IMG/VR virus record: IMGVR_UViG_3300037991_005016 | Coordinates: 1-36,382 of that record | Length of the DNA: 36,382 nt | Direction: 5' to 3' (one strand) | From: a virus | Taxonomy: Duplodnaviria > Caudoviricetes | Part shown: in pieces, positions 1 through 7,232 of the stretch | Layout of the letters: each line of letters starts with the position of its first letter | How positions within the stretch are numbered: position 1 is the first letter of the stretch | The notes under the pieces: generated by a model | Told to the model about the DNA's origin: nothing | The model's input: the letters and a program-made list of their open reading frames with translations, nothing else | Database searches by the model: none | Position numbers and translations under genes: made by a program

Positions 1-18
1 CTTTCAAAAAAATCACCT

Positions 19-696
19 TCACATTAACCATTTAGCCCAAGCCGCACCTTTCTGTATGGCACTACCTAAACCTAAACCGCTTGAAGGTGGCTCATAACTC
101 ATTTGTCCTTGAGCATCTATCCAATATGGCCTACCATAATTATCAGTTCCCGATGGTGGAATAGGATAACCACTACCATTATTCATAGCCCCTTGTACTT
201 GTTGATATTGTTGAACATTACCCGTTAGTCCCGCTACTGCCATACCTGCTGATGCCTGTTGCATAGGCATTTGTCCTGCTCCTCCACTAAATCCTTGTGA
301 TTCTAAGTATTGTTGTTTAGCCAACTTTCTTTGATTAACTACTTCTGTATTAATCGCAGCGTCTAGTATTCTTTGTATATCTAACTCAATGTTTTCTTGA
401 GTAATCTTTTCAAACTCTCTCATAGCATCATTATGAATCTTTAACATTCCTGTGGTAGAATCAGTTGTAAATTGTAATTTAGCCAACATCTTACTAACTA
501 CTCTTTCTACAACATCTTCCATGAGTTTTTCCATCTGTGTCAAAAACATTTGACCGTGATATTGAAAGAACTCTTCAACATGATTATCTTGTAAAGAAAG
601 CAAATTATTTACATTCTTAAATTGTTGGTCGCTTTGTTGTTGAACTGCCCCTAAAACTGTGCTATTGCTTGTTCCTAAAATTCCCATATTACTCAC
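19..696 (-). CDS. Hypothetical protein, Gln/Gly-rich, helical, last complete gene of the GTPase-associated module
   Basis: 225 aa ORF, GTG start overlapping the upstream stop; helical N-half, low-complexity Q/G/M C-half, amphipathic end (GAAWAKWLM). Confidence 0.75.
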   Translation of the reverse strand: MSNMGILGTSNSTVLGAVQQQSDQQFKNVNNLLSLQDNHVEEFFQYHGQMFLTQMEKLMEDVVERVVSKMLAKLQFTTDSTTGMLKIHNDAMREFEKITQENIELDIQRILDAAINTEVVNQRKLAKQQYLESQGFSGGAGQMPMQQASAGMAVAGLTGNVQQYQQVQGAMNNGSGYPIPPSGTDNYGRPYWIDAQGQMSYEPPSSGLGLGSAIQKGAAWAKWLM

Positions 697-1321
697 CCTG
701 CTCTCCTTTAATTAGATAATTAATCCTTTCTGTATTTAATTGTATTTCCGCCGTCAATCTAACTATTTCTGCCATTTGTGTTTCTGCATCCTTAGCCGGA
801 GTTGGTGGCGTTATAGTCCACCCCATGCTAGTCAGCCTCATAACATCTTCTTTAGTTAATGTGTTTAATTGTTGTCTTTTTAACATAGAGGGCATTTTCG
901 CTTTAGGAATAAATGCTTTAAAATCTAAGCCGTGTTCATCAGCCAATATTTGTTGTTGTAACATTTCCATTTGTTTATGAATCGCTGCATGTTTTTGACA
1001 ATAAGTTCCTCTCAGTGGTCTTCCCTTCTCAACCTTATCTAATGGAATTGGTGGTCTTAAATAATCTCCACTTTCCCATACTTGATGAGTTCCACATACT
1101 ACGCATCTATCTTTAAAGTTAAACTTATAGCCGTATTTTAAGAAAAGAATCTTTTTCTTCTCCGGTAGTAATACTTTTCTTATTTCTTTCATTTGTTTCT
1201 TTGGTTTCAGCGCATCATACTTGTAATCCTCGATTGGCCCAACTGCTCTATATTGTTGCAGTTTGGGTAAAAAAGCATTCTTCGCTTGTTGCGTCTGTAT
1301 TAAATTCGGTTGTTGATACAT
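689..1321 (-). CDS. Hypothetical protein with putative Zn-binding motif and C-terminal coiled coil
   Basis: 210 aa; CVVC...YCQKH (CxxC...CxxH); heptad-like C-terminus; GAGGATGA RBS-like upstream. Confidence 0.75.
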   Translation of the reverse strand: MYQQPNLIQTQQAKNAFLPKLQQYRAVGPIEDYKYDALKPKKQMKEIRKVLLPEKKKILFLKYGYKFNFKDRCVVCGTHQVWESGDYLRPPIPLDKVEKGRPLRGTYCQKHAAIHKQMEMLQQQILADEHGLDFKAFIPKAKMPSMLKRQQLNTLTKEDVMRLTSMGWTITPPTPAKDAETQMAEIVRLTAEIQLNTERINYLIKGEQGE

Positions 1322-1323
1322 CT

Positions 1324-1899
1324 TTAATCATCCTCGTAAAGTTCTCTTTTTTCTCGCTTTATTCTCTCACTTTTTTTCCTGTGTCTTTCTTCTACTTCTT
1401 TAACTTTTTTAACTTTAACATTATTAACATTCCAAATACAACCCGAATCTATATCCCAACTATCGGGCCAACCAAGTTTATGCCAGTTATAATGAACATT
1501 TCTAATTTCAATACCATCGTAGTCTTCTGTCACTGCGGGTTCTTCGGGTTTAGTAGGGTTTTTAACCCATCTTATTTCATTTCCCCATTCTTTTGTTTTA
1601 ACTCCGTATTTATCATCAAAGTCTTGTAGTTGTTTTTCACCATTTATTTTTAAAATTTTAACATTAGACACATCTAATTCTAAGATATAATTATATTTGT
1701 CTATCCAACCATAATCATATAAGGTTCTTGATAACCAACCCCCTGCACCTAATGTAAAAGAATACCACAACCCCGTTTGCCCCCCACTAATAGAGCGAGG
1801 CTTATTAGAAACAGGTTTTAATTCATATGTTCTTTTTTCTATTTTGTGATTCTTAGATAAAGCAAATCTTCTAACAGACTTTAGCAAATTAAACCACAT
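1324..1899 (-). CDS. W-tagged protein; conserved-looking viral domain, possibly ART-like fold
   Basis: 191 aa starting MWFNLLKS; motifs GLWYS, YDGIEI, SWDIDSGCIWN resemble a phage/NCLDV family from memory; function not established. Confidence 0.65.
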   Translation of the reverse strand: MWFNLLKSVRRFALSKNHKIEKRTYELKPVSNKPRSISGGQTGLWYSFTLGAGGWLSRTLYDYGWIDKYNYILELDVSNVKILKINGEKQLQDFDDKYGVKTKEWGNEIRWVKNPTKPEEPAVTEDYDGIEIRNVHYNWHKLGWPDSWDIDSGCIWNVNNVKVKKVKEVEERHRKKSERIKREKRELYEDD

Positions 1900-1903
1900 A
1901 ATA

Positions 1904-2566
1904 TCAATAATCCTTTATCATAGTAGTTATTCCTTTATACACCATTTCGGGGTCGGACTTAGCCGATACTATATATTTGAAACAAGGTATTCCCTTGTCA
2001 TTTAACTGCCTCATCCCATATGTAAAAGGTTCAAATATTTCATGTTTGTCTATGGGTCTTTCGCTTTTATACTTCTCTCCCCACATATCATATTTGTTAG
2101 CCCATATACCAACTGCCATAGGATAGTCTACTTCTTTTTTCTTTCTACCCGAAGGCCATCTATCAGCCACAATAGTATCTACTAAAAATTTCCACGCTAA
2201 CTGATGGTCTAAATTAGAAGGAGAATCTAAATGTCTATGGTCTATCATAAAAATAATATATCTTACTCTACGCTTTTGCATATCTTTAACCCATTCTTTC
2301 CAATAAATTGCTTCTCCTCCTAAGTCAGCACTTTTAATTGTATGAGAATCTCCATCAATTTTTACATTCTTTCTAGTTGCTCTATGTAAGCCAACTGTTC
2401 TATCATTTATTGTAGGGACTTCCCCTCTTGTTCTAAGTTGGTGGCTTAATGTTGTTTTACCAACCATTGTAGAACCATAGACTCCAAAGTTAATTGCATG
2501 GACTCTTTTGTAAAATCCTATAATTGCTTCACCTACTAATATAGCAAAGCCTGTCATTATGGACAT
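1904..2566 (-). CDS. Small GTPase, Arf/Sar1-like (Ras superfamily, TRAFAC)
   Basis: G1 GSTMVGKTT, G2 RTVG, G3 DLGG, IIFMID strand, G4 NKYD, G5 SAK; hydrophobic/amphipathic N-terminal extension. Confidence 0.85.
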   Translation of the reverse strand: MSIMTGFAILVGEAIIGFYKRVHAINFGVYGSTMVGKTTLSHQLRTRGEVPTINDRTVGLHRATRKNVKIDGDSHTIKSADLGGEAIYWKEWVKDMQKRRVRYIIFMIDHRHLDSPSNLDHQLAWKFLVDTIVADRWPSGRKKKEVDYPMAVGIWANKYDMWGEKYKSERPIDKHEIFEPFTYGMRQLNDKGIPCFKYIVSAKSDPEMVYKGITTMIKDY

Positions 2567-2785
2567 TTAATGCCCCCAAATATCTTTAGCCCTCTCTATA
2601 ATCCAACCCATTATATTAATGTCAAAGACTCCCATTATATTACCAACTAAAAAAGCGGATAGTGCTATACAAGAACCCCAAAAATACATTTTCATTTTAA
2701 TAAAAAACATATCTGCTGAATGCGCCCTACTTTGATTATACACATAGTCGGACTCACTAAAGCCCATTATGTCTCCAAAGACCAA
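2567..2785 (-). CDS. Small membrane protein (1 TM plus amphipathic helix)
   Basis: 72 aa, TTG start after GGTTGTGA; hydrophobic MYFWGSCIALSAFLVGNIMGVF. Confidence 0.7.
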   Translation of the reverse strand: MVFGDIMGFSESDYVYNQSRAHSADMFFIKMKMYFWGSCIALSAFLVGNIMGVFDINIMGWIIERAKDIWGH

Positions 2786-2796
2786 TTAATCACAAC

Positions 2797-3213
2797 CTAT
2801 TGTTGTATAGTTGCTAGGAACTCATTACTGATAGTGTTGTCTTCAAAGGTAGCGGTAGGTTCTTCCGCTACTACATTGTTTCTCCAACTATCTCTTCTAG
2901 CCGTTCCAAATTGCCTCATGCTTTCTTGAAGTTTAGCCTTGATTTGTTCTTCTCTTTGTAGTCTTTGGAAGTGGTTTTCTATCTGTCTATCCAACAATCT
3001 AATTTCTATCTTGTCATTGAGTGACAAGTCGAATAGTGCTTTCATAACCATTATTCCACCTACTGTAATAAGACCAAATAAAACAGAATGTGCTAATGCT
3101 CCATATGGGAAGTTTAATCCATATGCGGAGTAAAAATATACATTTGCTCCGCTAACTGTTCCGACAAATAAAATTGTCATAATCAATCTTGTATCTTGAC
3201 TTAGTGCTGCCAT
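2797..3213 (-). CDS. Membrane protein with 2 TM helices and a coiled coil
   Basis: 138 aa; hydrophobic LIMTILFVGTVSGANVYFY and ALAHSVLFGLITVGGIMVM followed by RLLDRQIENHFQRLQREEQIKAKLQE. Confidence 0.75.
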   Translation of the reverse strand: MAALSQDTRLIMTILFVGTVSGANVYFYSAYGLNFPYGALAHSVLFGLITVGGIMVMKALFDLSLNDKIEIRLLDRQIENHFQRLQREEQIKAKLQESMRQFGTARRDSWRNNVVAEEPTATFEDNTISNEFLATIQQ

Positions 3214-3222
3214 AATAAAACC

Positions 3223-3528
3223 TCAATTGAACTCTACTGAAATGTTAGCAGTAGAACTTCCGGCTTCTGTTATTTCTAGGAAAATGCCGTTTCTACACAA
3301 AACACCGTGCATATCATATTCTAAATTATAGTGTCCATTAGTTGCTTGATGTATTCTAGCAATTTCTGTTCCACTATTATTAGTTCCATTGAATACTTTA
3401 ACTGTTACTGCGTCTCCACCCGATATTGAAATTGCCGAATGTATGCTAATTAACTTAGCCCCTTCATTACTCACAATCGCACTTGAGCCTAAAACCCCAC
3501 TACTTCTACAACCGCCTATGCCCGTCAT
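3223..3528 (-). CDS. Small beta-rich protein, putative virion structural protein
   Basis: 101 aa, G/S/T-rich with alternating hydrophobic strands; AGGTGA RBS; downstream of the capsid gene. Confidence 0.6.
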   Translation of the reverse strand: MTGIGGCRSSGVLGSSAIVSNEGAKLISIHSAISISGGDAVTVKVFNGTNNSGTEIARIHQATNGHYNLEYDMHGVLCRNGIFLEITEAGSSTANISVEFN

Positions 3529-3580
3529 ACTATCACCTGTTCATTCAATGGAGATAGACTCCACCTATTTAATGTAGCGA

Positions 3581-3919
3581 TTACTCTTTCTTAGATTTAG
3601 AAGGAGTTTTTGCCTTTGTTCTAGGCTTAGGCTTGGGTTTAGGTTTTACCTTTTTTGGTAAAAGTTCATCCGCTAATTCCTTAACAGTTGAAATATCCTT
3701 GCCTGTTTCTTTACATCCCAATAGAACGATTTTTTCATCCAATGCTAATAATTCTTCTCGGTCTTCTTCATTAAACACAAAGAAATAGTTAGGGTCGGAA
3801 AGACGAAGAACCGCCCATTTTACTGAAACGGTTTCTTCATCTTTCCTTGTAATTTCTTTCTTTGGTGTAATGTTAAGTCTACCGATTTTAGAATCATCAG
3901 TTAATCTAACTGTTACCAA
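3581..3919 (-). CDS. Hypothetical protein with Lys/Pro-rich tail
   Basis: 112 aa, TTG start after GAGGGG; C-terminal PKPKPKPRTKAK. Confidence 0.7.
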   Translation of the reverse strand: MVTVRLTDDSKIGRLNITPKKEITRKDEETVSVKWAVLRLSDPNYFFVFNEEDREELLALDEKIVLLGCKETGKDISTVKELADELLPKKVKPKPKPKPRTKAKTPSKSKKE

Positions 3920-3929
3920 TTAAATCCCC

Positions 3930-4283
3930 TCAAAGGTTGCCCCAAACTCTCAATCTAACAGAGCCACCGTTGCCATCATCGGAAACAGTAGCGTTTGTTC
4001 CATCGAGTGAAGTAAACATAAGAGCAAGTGAAGTGCTTGACTCATAAGCCCCTGTTGCTGAACACTCAATTTGTGGTTGTATTCCGTTAGCGTTATCAAA
4101 ACCTGTAATTGTTGCACAATGTATTGTAGATAATCCAAAGTCAGCCGCAGGTATAACTGAACCTGCCGCAACAATAGATGTTACATCAACTAGTGCATCA
4201 ACAACATATTCATCACCGCATACTTTAGGTCTAGTTACTCCCTTGTGGTCTGCTAGTAAAGTTACTGTAAATGCCAATGCCAT
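3930..4283 (-). CDS. Putative head decoration/minor capsid protein
   Basis: 117 aa, A/G/S/T/V-rich, beta-strand pattern; second gene after MCP; AGGTGA RBS. Confidence 0.6.
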   Translation of the reverse strand: MALAFTVTLLADHKGVTRPKVCGDEYVVDALVDVTSIVAAGSVIPAADFGLSTIHCATITGFDNANGIQPQIECSATGAYESSTSLALMFTSLDGTNATVSDDGNGGSVRLRVWGNL

Positions 4284-4292
4284 TTAAATCAC

Positions 4293-4556
4293 CTACTGTC
4301 CAATAGCCATGAAATAAACTACATCACCGCTTACACAATGAATAGCAACATCACCGCTTGCTAGTGGTAAATCTGCATTAACTGTGGCTGCCGTCGCTTC
4401 TTCTGCACTTCCCTTGTGGGTAAATACAAGACTTTCAACTAGTGATAGTCCGGTTTCGATGTTTCCATCTGTGCTATCCGAAGTAGTTTGACCGCAAACT
4501 ATCTTTCTGTTTCCTTCTAAATTCATTTCCAAATGTATTACTGTCGCAAATGCCAT
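4293..4556 (-). CDS. Putative head decoration/cement protein
   Basis: 87 aa directly after MCP with strong GGAGAGG RBS; ends VYFMAIG, typical of small beta-sandwich virion proteins. Confidence 0.6.
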   Translation of the reverse strand: MAFATVIHLEMNLEGNRKIVCGQTTSDSTDGNIETGLSLVESLVFTHKGSAEEATAATVNADLPLASGDVAIHCVSGDVVYFMAIGQ

Positions 4557-4580
4557 ATTATATCCTCTCCTTTATTCTCC

Positions 4581-5918
4581 TTACTGTATGTTTGTTATCT
4601 TTCCTTGACCCTTGAAGAAGGAACATCCGACTTCACCAATTGTTCGATACAAAGCCCTGTTACCTAGAGTTCCGACACCGAATGGGTTTCCATTAGCGAT
4701 ACCATCCTCAAAGTATTGTGTTGGCTTCATAACCGATAGCCACAAATGGTCTGTATCAAGGAATAGTAAATCACTTAGTTTTGTTGAAGCACTACCTGTT
4801 TGGCACATGTCCTTAACAGGAATTAGTGGAATATCATAGTATGTTGCTACTCTAAATCCAACTTCTTGTCCTTTAACTCCTCTAACACCGTTTACGGTAG
4901 GAACAACTTCTTTTCTATCCATAAATCTTTCTTGGCTTTGTAACAAGTCAGCAAGTGCTTGAATAGTATCGTAGCCTGTTAGAATAACCTTTGGAGAACC
5001 ACCGGCTAGTCTTAGGTTTCTAATCATATCATTGAGTCTTGTTAGCGTTAGTGAACGAACATCACCGGAAGCATAACCACTGCCAAAGTCTATTTCTGCA
5101 TCAAGGAAAGAGGCTGCGGTAAATCTTTCACTACCGTAAATCTTTCCTAAAGCGTTAGAAGCGGAAGTAGTATCAGTTGCGATAACTCCACCATCAATTG
5201 CTAGAAGTTCTGCTCTTGAGGTAATAACCTTGTTTAAAGAAGTATAGTTGTGTCCGATATTTGGCATAGCGGATGATTCACCATAATGCTCTAGTGGCAT
5301 AACCAACATTTTATTTTGAACTTCTGCGTGATGCTTCCCCATATCTTCTCTCATTTGCGCTCTAATGTCACCAATTCCATCATCGATTTGAGCCATTTCC
5401 ATAGCAAGTTCGCTAAAGTCAAATTGATGTGCAACGACTTTAGGACTCATGTTGAGTTGTGCATATGTTGGAGCAATTGGGCCTAGTCCGTCTTGTGCAG
5501 TAGAAAGTGCAGCGTTTTCAGGAACACCACCAATCATATCTGCTCTTGGACTATCCGAACCTAACTCTGCTAAGTTTTCTGTTCCGCTTGCATCAACAGT
5601 AAACAAATTACCGCTTCCACCGGCAGGTCTTGACTTTAGAACTCTCCATCCACTAGAAGAATATGGTCTTTTTGAAATCATTGAAAGAGCATTAACTTCT
5701 CTATTCAACATAGACCATACTTTCTGTCCGTAAACAATATTGTATAGTGCTGATACATCACTAACGGCACTACCGGAAAATGCCGGAGAACCATCGTGTC
5801 CTGTATGTATTCCACCTATTGCTCCGGCTTGCTTTAACAAAGCATTACCGGCAGGTAAATTGTTTATTCCATATGTGCTTGCTTCTAAATCTGCGATTGT
5901 ATTAATATATCCACTCAT
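4581..5918 (-). CDS. Major capsid protein (HK97 fold, halovirus/magrovirus type)
   Basis: 445 aa directly downstream of protease/scaffold; GGAGG RBS; segments YGQKVWSMLN, GGSPKVILTG, VATYYDIPLIP, LLFLDTDHL, QGKITNIQ fit archaeal tailed-virus MCPs. Confidence 0.85.
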   Translation of the reverse strand: MSGYINTIADLEASTYGINNLPAGNALLKQAGAIGGIHTGHDGSPAFSGSAVSDVSALYNIVYGQKVWSMLNREVNALSMISKRPYSSSGWRVLKSRPAGGSGNLFTVDASGTENLAELGSDSPRADMIGGVPENAALSTAQDGLGPIAPTYAQLNMSPKVVAHQFDFSELAMEMAQIDDGIGDIRAQMREDMGKHHAEVQNKMLVMPLEHYGESSAMPNIGHNYTSLNKVITSRAELLAIDGGVIATDTTSASNALGKIYGSERFTAASFLDAEIDFGSGYASGDVRSLTLTRLNDMIRNLRLAGGSPKVILTGYDTIQALADLLQSQERFMDRKEVVPTVNGVRGVKGQEVGFRVATYYDIPLIPVKDMCQTGSASTKLSDLLFLDTDHLWLSVMKPTQYFEDGIANGNPFGVGTLGNRALYRTIGEVGCSFFKGQGKITNIQ

Positions 5919-5919
5919 C

Positions 5920-7173
5920 TTAAATTCCTCCTACCATTTTGTGAATGTCCGACCAATCCATGTCAGCCATCTCTTCCATACTTGGGAGTTTAATTGCGGA
6001 TTCTTCTTGTGCCTTTAGAATAGTCTCTTTTTCAGCAGTCAAAGATTTCCTTAGTTGTGTAAATTCATTCTTAAGAGAAGCAATCTCGCTTTGTGCATCA
6101 TAGTTTTGCTTGGCGATAACATTCTCTCTTGTAGAAACTTCTCTAGCGAATCTTGCTTCAAAGGACTTCTTTAGGTTGTCGTAAGCAAGTGCTTCAAGTT
6201 GTTCTTGTCGGAAAGCCTCGTAAGCCTTTTCGATGTTAGCGTTTGACAAATCAAGAGTATCAAACTCTCCATTGTTAAATGCTTTAACAACCGGCATATC
6301 GGAAGCAGTTGGCTTACCGTTATTAATAACGATACGGTCAGCAGGTTCGCCAATTTGGTTTCCTGCACCATCAAGAGTTCTTAAGTAAGCCTTTGCTTCT
6401 TCATCTTGATACTCGGCCATTTCCTCTTCATCCGCCATTTCTTCATCTTCCTTGTCCATATCCATGTCTTCTTCTTCATCCGCCATTTCATAGTTTCCTC
6501 TTTCCATGTCGTCGGTCATTTCCATGTGGTCTTTGCTATGGCCTTTTTCATCCATCTCTTCTTCTTTACGAAGCGTATTTACTTCTTCTAACAAAGTATC
6601 TAACTCTGCTAGTGCTTTTTCTAGTTTATTACTCATAGTTTTTTCACCTGTTTTATCTTGTTTCAAAATATCAAACCTCGCTTCGGGGTTAATTCCTTTT
6701 TCGCATATAGTAATTTCATGCAACTCTAACTTGCTGATTTCATTGTACTCTCCCAAGTTTTCATTACTTTTCTTTACTTTTTGGAGGGCTTGACCTCCTA
6801 TGCTAAAAGACCTTAACGACCCTTTGCGAATATTACGACCTACTTCTTTGGCCTTTTCTATATCATCTCGTAGTTTAATTACCACAAAAAAACCTACATC
6901 ATCTACTTCGGATTTCCAAAGTCTTCCTGTTTTGTCTCTATAAGAATCTACTACTTCTCCTACTTGAACATTAGAGTGATTTGTCATTACATTCCTAAAT
7001 TTAGAATCTTGCATAAATTTAGTGACTGCTTCATTAAGTGCCTTTAGTGTGATTAAGTCATTTTGCTTATCAACAATTTCAATACTAGCATATCCGCCAA
7101 TCATCAAATCATCACTGCGACTTTTAATAATGGAGAATCCATCATTTCTAGTTGCTAAGACTGCCGACGACAT
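5920..7173 (-). CDS. Prohead protease fused to scaffold protein
   Basis: N-domain IGGYAS-VDKQND, catalytic-type NH and SFSIGG, EITICEKGINPEA (HK97-type prohead protease); acidic coiled-coil C-half; start set at ATG 7173 (MSSAV) since a TATA-like box overlaps the longer ORF start. Confidence 0.88.
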   Translation of the reverse strand: MSSAVLATRNDGFSIIKSRSDDLMIGGYASIEIVDKQNDLITLKALNEAVTKFMQDSKFRNVMTNHSNVQVGEVVDSYRDKTGRLWKSEVDDVGFFVVIKLRDDIEKAKEVGRNIRKGSLRSFSIGGQALQKVKKSNENLGEYNEISKLELHEITICEKGINPEARFDILKQDKTGEKTMSNKLEKALAELDTLLEEVNTLRKEEEMDEKGHSKDHMEMTDDMERGNYEMADEEEDMDMDKEDEEMADEEEMAEYQDEEAKAYLRTLDGAGNQIGEPADRIVINNGKPTASDMPVVKAFNNGEFDTLDLSNANIEKAYEAFRQEQLEALAYDNLKKSFEARFAREVSTRENVIAKQNYDAQSEIASLKNEFTQLRKSLTAEKETILKAQEESAIKLPSMEEMADMDWSDIHKMVGGI

Positions 7174-7200
7174 TACGCTCAAAGGAAAAAAATTTCCTTC

Positions 7201-7211
7201 TAATATATAAT
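7201..7211 (-). promoter_or_regulatory. Putative archaeal TATA box for protease/capsid operon
   Basis: Minus strand ATTATATATTA about 28-38 nt upstream of ATG 7173 in one of few intergenic gaps; no RBS before the ATG (leaderless-like spacing); 7-bp inverted repeat AAGGAAA/TTTCCTT at 7182-7199. Confidence 0.5.
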
Positions 7212-7232
7212 ACACACGGTTATTTTAAACGA

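Noticed and set aside
6410-6560. Short repeats such as TTCATCCGCCATTTC in the scaffold gene
   Set aside because: Explained by the low-complexity acidic EMADEEE linker; no independent DNA function indicated
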